NCBI RefSeq assembly: GCF_006345805.1
Contig: NC_043002.1
Coordinates: 17,670,001 to 17,734,000 of the forward strand
Source of the DNA: Octopus sinensis
Taxonomy: Eukaryota
DNA length: 64,000 nt
Direction of reading: 5' to 3'
Shown here: positions 40,352 through 53,310 of the stretch, in pieces
Layout: the number at the start of each line of letters is the position of its first letter
Position numbering within the stretch: position 1 is the stretch's first letter
Made by a program: the position numbers and the translations under genes
Notes under the pieces: model-generated
What the model was told of the DNA's origin: nothing
Seen by the model: only the letters and a program-made list of their open reading frames with translations
The model's database searches: none

Positions 40352-40643
40352 CTTTTAGCTATACATATATACATATATATATACATATACATATACATAT
40401 ATATATATATATATATACTATACATATATCATATACATTATATACATATATATATATAATATACATTATATATATATACATATACATATATATATATACA
40501 TACATATATATATACATATACATATATATACATAATATATATATATATATATGTATATATAATATATATATATATACATATATAATATATACATATATAT
40601 ATAACGTATATATATATAATATACATATATATAATATATATAC

Positions 40644-40721
<78 letters not shown>

Positions 40722-40769
40722 ATATACATATACATATATATATACATATACATATATATATACATATAC

Positions 40770-40801
<32 letters not shown>

Positions 40802-40852
40802 ATACATATATATATACATATACATATATATATATATATACACATATACATA
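40352..40852. repeat. (TA)/(TACATA) microsatellite
   Basis: Read directly. Confidence 0.95.
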
Positions 40853-41600
40853 AGAAGGTCGATACAGCTCGTAGGATGAGTTCCTGGATCTTAAGAACTT
40901 TCCGGTCCAGAGAACAAGGTGTCATCATACCACTTTTTCCATCCTTTGTACGGCCACACCTTGAATACTGCTGCCCACTGTGGTCTCCTCACACAAGACA
41001 AAACATCTCCAGAATTGAGTCACCCAGAGGGCTCTCACTAAACAAATTGAAGGCATGGCTGCTCTCGACTATTGGGATCGCCTTAAAGCCTTGAAACTTT
41101 ACTCCCTCCAGCGTCGCCGTGAGCGGTACATCATTTGTACGATGTGGAAAATATACCGCCAACTTTGCCCAAACGACCTAAACATTAGCTTCAAGGTTCA
41201 TCCGAGACTTGGACCACGGGCTATACGTCCCCTGCCAAATTCAAGATCACAACATACATGTACACTGCAACATAATTTCTTTTCCTCAACAGGCCCTGCC
41301 CTATTTAACATTGTCCCGAGGGAGATCAAAGAGGAAAAGGATCCCATCAACTTCAAACAGAGTCTGGATAGATTCCTTCAAAGAATACCAGATAAGCCAC
41401 CCATAATTGGATACAACTCACCCAACAAGAACTCACTACTTGAAACAAACTGGATACAACTCACTCACCCAACAAGAACTCACTACTTGAACAAAACTTG
41501 ACTTAAACAGGATTCGATAATCCTATCAGGTGGTGCTATTAAGTTAGACATGGCCTGGACCAATCTCTGGTCGAAACATATCTAAGTTTTATCTAAGTTT
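40853..41600 (+). mobile_element. 5'-truncated CR1-clade LINE
   Basis: [63 protein letters not shown]; tail (TCTAAGTTTTA)n. Confidence 0.92.
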
Positions 41601-41648
41601 TATATTTTATACATATACATATATATACATATATATATATATATATAC

Positions 41649-41709
<61 letters not shown>

Positions 41710-41713
<4 letters not shown>

Positions 41714-41895
41714 ACCACACGTGAATCATTGGCGATCTTGCGACTTTCCTCTGACTCCTTTTTCAGAAGAGTTTACTCGAAACCTAAAACCATCTTCCTT
41801 TCATTCCCTTAGCGTCTGCTAATAATTTGCCTCTATCACGTTCTCGCGTTGTTTTTTCTTGAGTTTGTTCTTCATTTTGGGGGATTTACTACATT
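41710..41895 (+). mobile_element. Probable PLE terminal fragment, homologous to 23795-24000
   Basis: GAGTTTACTC-GAAAC..CCATC..CTTTCATTC..GTCTGCTAATA..CACGTTCTC..GGATTTACTA shared with 23870-24000. Confidence 0.5.
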
Positions 41896-42607
41896 ATATA
41901 TACACATATATATACATATGTGTTTGTGTGTGTGTACATGTGTATGTATGTGCGTGTGTGTGTGTGTGTGTATCTATGTATACATGTATGTATATATGTG
42001 TGTTTGTATGTGTATGTACGTATCGAAAATATATCTTCTCTTGGCAGTATTGTAAGAAAATGTCTTGTGAGAGAAGCTTCGACTATAATCATTATAATTG
42101 TAGTGACAAAAATGACAGAATTTGGAAATGGAACTAACATCAAGTCTTTACAGTCGGCTTTGATAATTTGCACCAAAATTACTGAAGACAATCTCTAATG
42201 TAATTTTAAAGTTTTTCCTCCTTTGTTGTTTTGCTAAAATTGATTATTTGTATTTCTATGTGTATTACATTTAATGTCGAAAGTTGCTTGCATCTCTGCT
42301 AAAGAAATATCTTAACAATATTTTTCTCGGTTACTATGGCAATTTATGAAATATGGGTGTGTTTAACTCAAATTATGAATGATGTAAATCTCTGAATCTA
42401 TTGTAAATTGTTAGTTAATATCTGAAAATCGAGTTATACAAATTTCGAATAGAAATGAACGTAATTGTTTATCACATTGTAAATTTTTTTTCGTTAGATA
42501 GGAATACACATTGTTAAGTAAAGTATTGTTTCCATAAAATTCAAAACTTTCTTAAGGATATTCTACCTACTCAGAATAACTGGGGTTTTTTATAAGTTAT
42601 GGAACCA

Positions 42608-42790
42608 AGGCTGAGGGCTGGTTGAATCGTTAACCTGTAGAACGAAATGCTTGAATTCATTTCTTCCGGCTTCACGTTCAGAGATCAAATTTAACCGAGA
42701 TCGACTTTTCTTTCATTTTTGGGGGGCTGTTGAGCTTTGGGGTTGATGTTATAAATTATCCTTCTTTCCCAAAATGGCATGCCTTTATTT
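42608..42790 (+). mobile_element. SINE family C, degenerate
   Basis: GAAATGCTT..TTCTTCCGGCTTCACGTTCAGAGATCAAAT..CGAGATCGACTTT. Confidence 0.55.
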
Positions 42791-42984
42791 GAAAGAAATC
42801 AGCTATTGAACCTGTCTGGTTAGTTTACTTCGCCAAAAACCTTATCTTCTCCACAGCATACATTTCTATATTCTGTTAATTAGTATCCAAACTAATAAAT
42901 ATATTTATTAAATTTACAAACCTTCGTTAAATAAGTAAGCTTCTACATCGTCAAATGTCAAACGCTGAGCAAGTATTTTTTTCA

Positions 42985-43196
42985 TTCTTTTACTTGTTTC
43001 AGTCCTTTTGACTGCCACCACTCTGGAGCACCGAATTTAGTCGAACAAATTAACCCCAAGACTTATTGTGTCTAAGCCTAGTACTAATTCTTTCGGTTTC
43101 ATTTGACCAACCGCCAGGTTACGGAGACCTAAACACACCAGCATCTGTTGTGAAGCGATGGTGGGGTTCAAACACAGACACACACTCACAGACACA

Positions 43197-43247
<51 letters not shown>

Positions 43248-43437
43248 CACACATATATATATATATATATATACGAAGGGCTTCTTTCAGTTTCAGTCTA
43301 CAAAATCCTCTCACGAGGCATTGGTGAGCGCGAGGCTATAGTAGAAGACAGTTGCCCCAGGTGCCACACAGTGGGACTGAACCCGGAACCATGAGATTTG
43401 TAAGCAAGTTACTAACCACACAGCCACTCCTGCGCCT
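42985..43437 (-). mobile_element. SINE family A
   Basis: Full-length reverse copy with expanded (CA)n interior. Confidence 0.88.
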
Positions 43438-44159
43438 ATTAGTATCAGCATTTGTCTAAAAGCATTCTATGAAATGTTTTCTCCCGAATTTAAGTTCTTC
43501 CAGTTGCCAATTACTTAGAATTTATTATTACATACTATACAATAAATACAGGGTGAAATAGCACTATTTACAACTACAGGGATGTAGTCGTAAATAGATT
43601 TTATGGAAATATGGGAACACCATATATTCCTCCTGTCATAGGAATAAGATCTCTCAAGATAAGGTAAAAGAACAAATAAATTAAGATACAAAATCTGAAG
43701 CAGCACTCTAACCTTAAGAAGAATATCGTTACAAAGACATTTGCTACTAGAGTGTTAAACGCTAAATGAGGGTCAACTATACGTATAATAGGAAATATGG
43801 TACACATGAAATTATCATAATTTAGTTTTTACTAAAACTGCTTGCTACTTAGACAAAATGATGAAATGTATGCTTATTTTCAAAGGGAAAATATTTATTA
43901 CGGTTAACTAAAATTAAATAAAACAAATTTCTCGCCTTTATAAGTGCCCCAGTAGCTATTCTAAGTTTGCTCCAACTCTTTGTCCTTCTCTATCTCTATG
44001 ATACTTTTCCTCTGTTTCTGTAAGCGTGTGGGGCGTAGCTTAATCATTGCATTTCACCGAATCTCGTTTGTACACTCTTCCTGTGCTTCTTATTTTAACT
44101 CAATTGCTATATCTATTTTACTCTCTCTTTCTTTCTTTCTCTCTCTCTCTTTCTTTCTT

Positions 44160-44203
<44 letters not shown>

Positions 44204-44744
44204 CTCTCTCTCTTTCTATATAATGTACAGCGGGACGGCACAAAATAGTCAAACAGCTATCAACATTTATATCGACAATTTTTCATTATACAGATTCCAA
44301 AAATGGCGATTTGTAGCTTTGTAAAATATGGCGTTTCTCCTTTAAGAGGAACTCAGTATCAGAAATGGGTACGATGAGAGTAATCTAATTACACGACATG
44401 TTCTGTTCACTGCATATAATTCAGGACAATGTTATACTTTATCTACATTTTATTACCTCTCTGTTGAGGAACAAAGCACTTTTGCGTGGGTATAATAGAT
44501 AAAAAATTACAAATTGCATAGAGATTCTCATATCATGTATGAATGTATACATGTATAGATATATAACATTGTAAATATGCGTGGTTGTGTACGTGGATCG
44601 GAGAGAGTATGCGTGTATTTGTCCGTCTGTCTGTGTAAACATGCATGCATATATCACAAAAGCTCAGTTACACAAGTACACATACACAAAACGCCATAAA
44701 CAAACAGCCATACATACAAACTCACATACGCATAAAAAACATCG

Positions 44745-44788
<44 letters not shown>

Positions 44789-44789
<1 letters not shown>

Positions 44790-45165
44790 CGCAGGCGTGC
44801 CAGTGTAGTGAAGAAACTAGCTTCCCAACCATATGGTTCCGGGTTCAGTACAACTGCGTGACATATTGGGAAAGTGTCTTCCCCCATAGCCTCGAGCTAA
44901 GCAAAGTCTTTTGAGTGGATTTCGTAGACGGAAACTGGAAGGGGCCCGTCGTATATGTGTATTTGTGTGTGTGTGTGTTTGTCCCCCAACAATTGTTTAA
45001 CAATCGATACTGGTGTGTTTATGTCCTGCAACTTAGCGCCTCGGCAAAAGTGAAAGATGTTAGTAGTACTAGGCTTACAGAGAATAAGTCCTGGGGTCAA
45101 TTTCTTCGACTACCACCCTTTAAGGTTGTGCTCCAGCATGGCCACAGTAAAATAACAAAGAAGTA
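44789..45165 (+). mobile_element. SINE family A, diverged
   Basis: GCGCAGGCGTGCCAGTGT..GGTTCCGGGTTCAGT..GAATAAGTCCTGGGGTC..GCTCCAGCATGGCC. Confidence 0.85.
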
Positions 45166-45184
45166 CACGAATAAAAATTATATA

Positions 45185-46042
45185 TGTGAGGCCGGATCAA
45201 TATGTATCCGGACTGTTCCCATAGCAACGAAGCGAAAACAGGCAGAGTAAAGCCGCTTGGGATTGAATTCTATTGTGCATACGCACTACCTTTTTATGTA
45301 CTAGCTCACTTCCGCTGTTTACAGCAGTATTTGGAAGGAAAGGGTGTAGCGTAAGATAGTCGTATTGACTATGACACAGAAAGTTGTGATGGCGATACAT
45401 GCACAGAGGTCTACGCAGCGTTGCAAATACCATATGGAGAGGAATGTATGAGCCGAACACGAGTGTTTCAGACGTTTCGAAGATCACCGAAAAAGTGTCG
45501 ATGCCATCGAACGTTCTGAGAGACTCGCAATCAGCAGAACAGAGAAAAACATTGCAGATGTAAGTGCAGCTGTGAGGGGAAATCGTCGATTCACCATCCG
45601 TGTTCCATCAGAGGATGTGCATATGGGTTAAGGTTCAGTTCAATGAATTCTCACTGAAGGTTTGGTTATGAGACGCACATCTGCCCAGTTTGCGCCAAAC
45701 CTGCTTTCAGCTGACCAAATTGCACAAGATCTTAGTTGTATGGAGAGCTATGAAAACATATTTGAAAACATTGCGAAGGCTTCTGAGAAGGTATCTCCAA
45801 GCATTTGGCAAAATTTGATGCAGATTCTCCGCTCAATCTTCTACTGTCATAGTCAAGGCGATGATCACACTTTGCACACGTTATTTCCAAGCAGTGCAGT
45901 AAACAGCGGAAGAAGGCTAGAATGTTAAATCTTAGTGAGCGTGCGCAGCATTTTATCGCCAATTTGTGCCAAGCAGCTTCCCTCTGCACGCCTTAGCTTC
46001 GTTAATATAGTAACAATTCGGATATTTATTGATCAGACCACG

Positions 46043-46043
<1 letters not shown>
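45185..46043. mobile_element. Composite of two mariner left halves in inverted orientation
   Basis: Plus arm 45185-~45760: TIR-like GAGGCCGGATCAATATGTATCCGGACT and YGEECMSRTRVF..NIADVSAAVRGNRRFTIR..SAQFAPNLLS. Minus arm 46043-~45760: homologous TIR CGTGGTCTGATCAATAAATATCCGAAT and RICIKFCQMLGDTFSEAFAMF. Confidence 0.8.
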
Positions 46044-46086
<43 letters not shown>

Positions 46087-46569
46087 ACAGAGAGCGACAG
46101 AAAGACAGACAGACAGATAGATAGAAAGATAGATAGATAAATATTTTGGTTTGTGTTGTAACTAAGACATCTATTCTATAGAAAATCAATTAGCGTACGG
46201 AAGGAAAGTGAGATATTGGACATGTTGCATCGAAATGCATATGGTTTTACTCATTTCAGACAAGATTGGCGTTACTACCGATACACTCTTTTAAAAAAAT
46301 AACAAATTAGCTGACATATTAACAATAAAATCATGTTGATTTTCTCTTCCGCACACCCATACATATATTGCAACAGGGCTGGATGTGGATGTACCCGAAA
46401 CGTAAAGCAAATAGGTTCCCACAGAGAAACCTAGTGAAAGAAAACATGTATAATAATGATTGTATTCTGATATTACAGAAGGAAAATAATTTCTATTTAT
46501 CAATCCATGAGTACACATTTGCTCCAAAGTATTGCTATGATAAATATACAAATAGATCGTCACAAATCT

Positions 46570-46639
<70 letters not shown>

Positions 46640-46689
46640 TATATAACAAAGTGGAGTTGTAAGGTACCGCACGAGTGGAATTATATACT

Positions 46690-47059
46690 AAAGAAGGGTT
46701 TGAAATGCAATTTTAAAAAATGTTTATTTACTTCACCGGTTTCACTTCTTAAAAAGATTGTCAAAAGTAACATGTAAAAGTATGGTTGTTTAATTATGGT
46801 TGTCACAAAATGCTACAATACATATATACAGTCTTTGGTAACAAGAACATGTTAAGTACATAAAAAAACTTGTTAAACTTTTTTATGACCTTAACATGTC
46901 CTTGTTACCAAAGACTGTATATATGTATTGTAGCATTTTGTGACAACCAATAATTAACACAACCATACTTTTACATATTACTTTTGACAATCTTTTTCTA
47001 AAAATGAAACCGGTAAAGTAAATAAACATCTTTTAAAATTGCATTTTCAAACCTTCTTT
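46690..47059. mobile_element. 370-bp fold-back element (PLE-like end), arms ~178 bp
   Basis: 46690-46867 pairs with the reverse complement of 46879-47059; each arm contains a hammerhead-like motif. Confidence 0.85.
46978..47021 (+). ncRNA. Minimal type I hammerhead-like motif with U3/A8 core variant
   Basis: TTACTT-TTGACAA-TCTTTTTCTAAAAAT-GAAAC-CG-GTA-AAGTAA: 6-bp helix I, palindromic ACCGGT helix III, GUA triplet; helix II is irregular. Confidence 0.45.
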
Positions 47060-47127
47060 CATATGTATTTTGATTTCATTTGAATGAAACAGTTCTAGTC
47101 CTGTAGAAGCTCCTTCTATAAAATAAA

Positions 47128-47173
<46 letters not shown>

Positions 47174-47192
47174 ATGTATGTAAGTATGTATG

Positions 47193-47570
47193 TAGGTTCA
47201 GGAGTGGTTGTGTCATAAGTAGTTTTATTACCAACCACATAGTTCTAGGTTCAGTCCCACTGCTTGGGCAAGTGTCTTCAACTATAGCCACGAGCCGACC
47301 AGACTTAATTAGTTATTTTATAAGCCTATCATTTATTCCACTGTTTTTATTTGTGAACCGACAAGTTATAGTGATGTAAACATACAAACGCCAGTCGCTA
47401 AACGTTGGTGTATGTAAAACACAAGCAAAACACACACACACACACATACATAGATATAAATATATGGTCTTCATTAAGTTTCTGTCAACCAAATCTGCGC
47501 ACAAGCTAGGAAACTTTCTCTTACTGTGCCAGGCAGTGGAATTGAATCCGAAATCATTAAGTTAGGGAAC
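47193..47570. mobile_element. Two diverged SINE family A fragments (plus head 47193-47310, minus body 47315-47570)
   Basis: Similarity to the family A head on + and to its body on -. Confidence 0.65.
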
Positions 47571-47754
47571 ATGTATTCATGTATATAGTTTTCCACATAT
47601 ATGAAAACATGTACATACATGTATATATACACACATATATGCACACACAGATGGTGCATTTAAATTATGAAGGTGCAGGTGGGTGTTGGATTTGGAGAAT
47701 GGGCATTTGCGTCCAACCACATGATAGGCGCAAAACATTATACTGGACATATAA

Positions 47755-48330
47755 TAGCGGTGAGCTGGCAGAAACTTTAGCACGCCAGGCGAAATGCATA
47801 GCGGTATTTCGTCTGCCGCGACGTTCTGAGTTCAAATTCTTCCGAGGTCGACTTTGCCTTTCATCCTTTCGGGGTCGATAAATTAGGTACCAGTTATGTA
47901 CTGGGGTCGATGTAATCGACTTAATCCGTTTGACTGTCCTTGTTTTTCCTCTCTGTGTTTAGCCCCTTGTGGGTAGTAAAGAAATAGGTATTTCGTCCGA
48001 CGTTACGTTCTGAGTTCAAATTCCGCCGAGGTGGACTTTGCCTTTCATCCTTTCGGGGTCGATTAAATAAGAACCAGTTACGTACTGGGGTCGATATAAT
48101 CGACTTAATCCGTTTATCTGTCCTTGTTTTTCCTCTCTGTGTTTAGCCTCTTGTGGCTAGTTAAGAAATAGGTATTACGTCTGTCTCTATGTTCTGAGCT
48201 CGAACTCCGCCGAGGACGACTTTGCCTTTCATCCTTTCGGGATCAATAATTTAATTTCCAGTTGCGTACTGGGGTTGATCTAATCGACTGGAGCCCTGCC
48301 CCCAAATTTTGGGCCTTGGGCTTAGAGTAG
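47755..48330 (+). mobile_element. SINE family C with tandem triplication of a ~180-bp body unit
   Basis: One head (GGTGAGCTGGCAGAAACTTTAGCACGCC), then three units starting near 47820, 48003 and 48190 with CGTTCTGAGTTCAAATTC..GACTTTGCCTTTCATCCTTTCGGG. Confidence 0.9.
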
Positions 48331-48983
48331 AAAAGAATTTCCGGGACTTATGGTACGGTAAGACTAAACAAAAATATTGCTGTAAATGTGGAACATTTGT
48401 GAAATCTACGTTTTGCAGTTACATTAAACAGTCTTGTTTATACTTGTCCAGCTTATGTCATTCACGTGTTCAACAACGTGAATCACAATTCCCGATCAAT
48501 GTGTAATTAAACAATGCGTCTCAGATTTCATACTTAACATATTGTTTGCTGGATCATTAAGAACGTACATGACAGACGTGTATGAAGCTCGAGTTACAAC
48601 TGGATAATCCGCACACCCATACATATAAATATAGCTGTTTCAAATATGTTCAAATACTTGAGTGTGAGGATGCTGCCGTCAGGAAATCTACTGAAAAGTG
48701 TGTTAATATCTGTAAGACGCCTTCTCCGGAAACCAACGGAGGGATTGTGTTGATTGCTGGATACTCAACGGTGAAGTTACCTATTAACACTTTCTTTCTG
48801 TAGATTTCCTGCCGAAAAGGACCTGACTTTGAAATATTGAGATACTAGATAATAGTACTAACCGCCGACCAGAATATTTGATTTTTTTCAAATTGCATTG
48901 TTTACGCTTTAATAAATATTTAAATATTTAATTCATATAAAAAAATGCTTCAGGAAAATTATAGGATTATACTACACTTATAC

Positions 48984-49396
48984 ATAGGCGCAGGAGTGGC
49001 TGTGTGGTAAGTAGCTTGCTTACCAACCACATGGTTCCGGGTTCAGTACCACTGCGTGGCACCTTGGGTAAGTGTCTTCTACTATAGCCCCGGGCCGACC
49101 AAAGCCTTCTGAATGGATTTGGTAGATGGAAACTGAAAGAAGCCCGTCGTATATATGTATATATATATATGTGTGTGCGCGTGTATGTTTGTGTGTCTAT
49201 GTTTGTCCCCCTAGCATTGCTTGACAACCGATGCTGGTGTGTTTATGTCCCCGCCACTTAGCGGTTCGGCAAAAGAGACCGATAGAATAAGTACTGGGCT
49301 TACAAAGAATAAGTCCCGGGGGCGAGTTGCTCGACTAGAGGCGGTGCTCAGTATGGCCGCAGTCAACTGACTGAAAAAAGTAAAAGAGTAAAAGAG
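48984..49396 (+). mobile_element. SINE family A, full length
   Basis: Matches 29999-30423. Confidence 0.95.
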
Positions 49397-49786
49397 ATAT
49401 GTTTGTGTATATGTGTGTGTATTTATATATATATATATATACAAAAAAGAGATTATATTGACATCCAAAAATATATAGCTACAGTAATGAAGATCTGAAG
49501 AATATGTCGTTAAACTGCAACATGTTAGAAATATAACAGTAAAGTTAGTGTTAAAAAAATCACTAAAATAAACACGCACACACACACAAATACATGTCTA
49601 TTAGTCGGTGAAAATAAATTTGCAAACTTCCAATTTCCGTACCTAATGATTCACCACGAGAACCATTGACTATCGTCAACCGTTATGTCAGCTGACCAAT
49701 ATCAACTAATATATACTAAAATTGTTATGTTTCTCATCACTTACGTATATCGTACACGCGTCTCTGAATGAGCATTTTTGTATATA

Positions 49787-49817
<31 letters not shown>

Positions 49818-50084
49818 AATTTCTAGATTGAAACAAAGGAAAAAATATTGGAGAGATTACATATAGTTTTTAGATATCAAATAGTGTCACCCTCTTCATT
49901 CCTTTGCTACACAGAGTTTCGCGTCACCTGTGCTCATTCAGGCAATCGCGAGTTAACTAAAATATTTCTGGAGCGCAGAAGTGTATAGCAACCCTGTGAA
50001 CCATCACCAGACTCTATTAACATACTAGTGTGTAGGTGTAAATATTCACACATATATATATGTATGCATGTGTGTGTATATATA

Positions 50085-50137
<53 letters not shown>

Positions 50138-50505
50138 ATGTGTGTGTGAATATGTGCATATCATATACACATATGTAACAATGCACATATTTCTATATAT
50201 TATACATAAGCATTTTATATGTATAAATACATACACGCGTATGTATATATTCTTAAAGAGTAAATAATTATTTAGCCCTGCAGCAGTACATCGATAAATG
50301 TTCATAATCGCCAGACACTTTTGCCATTAGACTCATACATCAACAGATAATTGGTGGTATAATAACATATATGAAGCACCTGATTTAGCCAGGATCAATG
50401 TTTAGATATACATGCGCATTTGTGTTTCATATATATATATATATATTATATATATATATAGAGAGAGAGAGAGGAGAGAGAGAGAGAAAGAGAGAGAGAT
50501 TTATA

Positions 50506-50538
<33 letters not shown>

Positions 50539-50894
50539 ACATATATATACATGTATATACATACTTATATATGTATGTATATATATGTGTGCGTACGTGT
50601 GTGTATGTCTGTGTTTGTATATATCCGTATTTGTATGTGAAATGTGTCTTATGAACTTGTAATAAACAAAAACCAGATGCCAACAGTTTAACTTTTTGTA
50701 TGAACAGACTGTACACTTAATGATATGAATGCACATATGTCTATATACTTTACATAAAATCATCTGGTTTTTGTTTAACCCTGGGTTGTCACTGATTGCG
50801 GAGGTTTTTGATAAATAATATTCCAACTATGACAATTCTGTCCTTTTATCAATCGATATTTAGGTAGCCAATGCCCTCTGTATAATATTTTCTA

Positions 50895-51105
50895 CTCTAG
50901 ACGCAAGGCACAAAATACCCTCCGACTCTGTAGAAGACCAATAATTCGTGTTTCTCCGAGGTCGAGGCAGTCACTTCTACCGTTGGCGGCACAAATCCCA
51001 CCGACGGTGTCTCTTCCCCTGCCAGTGGCACAACTCCTACCGACGAGGTTCCGGGACATTCCGGTACTATGTTACCGACTGCCGACAATGTCCCGGTAAA
51101 GGTAT
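50895..51105 (-). mobile_element. GC-rich repeat relic, possibly the 3' end of an LTR retrotransposon
   Basis: Low-complexity frame with a ~42-bp internal duplication (GGCACAA.TCC.ACCGACG), ending in GAGTCGGAGGG (PPT-like); family assignment is a guess. Confidence 0.3.
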
Positions 51106-51290
51106 TCCGTCTGCCGTTATGTAGTGAGTTCAAATTTCCATCGAGGTCGACTTTGCCTTTCATCATTTCGGGGTCGATAAATTAAGTACCAGTTACGCAC
51201 TGGAGTCGATGAAAATCGACGTAATCCCTTTGACTCTCTTTGTTTATCCCGTCTATGTTTAGCCCCTGGTGGGCAATAAAGAAATAAGAC
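51105..51290 (+). mobile_element. SINE family C body unit
   Basis: GAGTTCAAATTTCCATCGAGGTCGACTTTGCCTTTCATC..GGGGTCGATAAATTAAGTACCAGTTACGCACTGG. Confidence 0.85.
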
Positions 51291-51383
51291 AATATTCGTT
51301 GAAGGTGCCACGCAAATGGACTGAACCAGGCAGTATGTGCCCGGGAAGCACCCTTCTTACCACATAGTTATATCTGCACCTAC
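51290..51383 (-). mobile_element. SINE family A head fragment, degenerate
   Basis: GAAGGTGCCACGCA..GGACTGAACC..CTTACCACATAG. Confidence 0.55.
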
Positions 51384-52842
51384 ATATCTAAAAATAAAAA
51401 GATTGAAAAAGAAAAGCAAAGAGAGCGGGGAAAAGGGAGGAATAGAGAGCGAGAGAGAAAGACCTTGAGGCTTATGAACAGGGGAGATTAAATGTGTCTC
51501 TTTTTAAATCATGAAGCAATATTGTCAACCTCGATTTATTTATCTAAAAACTGGGGTAAATATTTGATACGATATGGTTATCAGGCCATCAAATCTTCTA
51601 CATGTACAAATTTGTGGCCTTTGTAAGATTAATACTCATTCAGTATATGAAATAAATTGCATATGCTTGATCTTATCTTACAGTATTTCAAATAATTTAG
51701 TTCAATCTCTCTAAATGGTCATAAAACTTTCTGATTTCTAAGATGTTTCGTTGTTGATCACCCCTGCAGCAGAATTGCAACTTTTGATTCTGACGCTATA
51801 AAGCAACTACTCACTTAATCTTATCATGAAAATGCCTTCACATTTCCGATTTGTTGGTTTTAAGGCTTAATCTCCTAATACTGAAGTAATTGCTATTAAC
51901 TGAAAAGATCTTATACAGGCTGCGTTGCTTGATATGAATTTAAAATACTACATCGCAAATTCAAAGAGACATACAGGCCCTGGCCATATATGTGTTGATA
52001 TCCACACATCTTAATTATAATACATTAATTAAATTAGGGAACTTTTCAACATATAATTATTTAACATCATTCCCAATCATTTTATAATCGGATTTATCTG
52101 CGGGTTATAGTTACAATTCATTCATAGCTGGTGTAATATGCTTGCACCTATCACACCACGAATTAATTAAAGAGCATAAAAGTAATAGTTTAAACTGAAT
52201 AAGAATATGTTTCTTAAGAAACGCTTCTAATTAGAGGGGATGCCATATCATATGCAGTTAATTAATGGAGTAATTTCCAGGAGGACAGGATGTTTGAAAA
52301 TTTAAGCGTGTTGCTCAGATACAAAGTTAGAATAAACTCTATTTTATAATATACATATTGAGTTATCAGTCAACATATCATTGTCATTTTCCTCAAACTT
52401 AAAAATATCATTTAACAAAGCACATTAAATGCAATGAATATCCCTGTTGATGTATGGACTGCAAATCAACAAACCGCAAACTCAAGTAAGCTTTTATAAT
52501 AACGAACTGCGGTCCAATTTTCAATCAATGGAACTAAAATCATTTCTCTTTCCTGAGACATGTTTAAGAAATCGAGAAATCTACTATCTTTCTTGTTCAA
52601 ATTTTACCAAAAGCATTATAACACAGCGAAAATTTAAGTGAAGCGGCAAACGCACTGTAAGATAATTAGTTATGATGTAGTAGGCAATATGGAGTTCATT
52701 TTTGGGGAAGCGTATAGGATTTCATTGTTGTTGTGCAGTATGTATATATTAGCAGGTGCTTACTTTCATAATTTTTATCGTACATTTAATTGTGTTGTTA
52801 CAATAAAAGGCATTTTTACATATTCAGATAGTCAAGGGAGAA

Positions 52843-53310
52843 GGTATGAGATGGCTTGGACATGTTAGCCGTATGAAAGATGGCAGAATCCGCTAGGACA
52901 TACTCTACGGAGAGCTTGCTAGGGGTACTAGGTCTGTGGGAAGACCTTTCCTACGGTACAAGGATGTTTGCAAAAGGGACATGAAGGCCTGCAACATCAA
53001 TATTAGCAATTGGGAAGCAGTTGCCAGCAACCATGAAGATTGGCGACGTACCGTAAAAGAGGGAACACAAAGGAGTGACAAAGAGGGAGAGGAGAAATGG
53101 AAAGACAAGAAAAGACGTCAACAAGAAACTATGACATTACAACAAGCTAGACAAAGTCTTCGCTACATTTGCGGCACCAGCCAGAGGGAGCGTTTGTCTA
53201 GGATAGGACTACACAGCCACTGCAGGAAATGTATTAGGACATGAAATGTAAAAGTCGGACTAGATTATTTTATGCGCAACTCCATTGGCTCCCGAGACAA
53301 AAATGATGCA
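52843..53310 (+). mobile_element. RTE-clade (BovB-like) LINE 3' end
   Basis: RWLGHVSRMKDGRI..DILYGELARGTRSVGRPFLRYKDVCKRDMKACNI..WE..W..SRIGLHSH; 3' UTR CCATTGGCTCCCGAGAC. Confidence 0.92.

Noticed and set aside
39797-40459. 220-aa Ser/Leu/Phe ORF
   Set aside because: Translation of the (CTT)n tract.
47820-48330. Regularly spaced repeats suggesting a CRISPR-like array
   Set aside because: The units are whole ~180-bp SINE bodies without unique spacers, in eukaryotic DNA.
49934-50020. RSRNILVNS, resembling a kinase catalytic loop
   Set aside because: No HRD motif or other kinase motifs; chance similarity.
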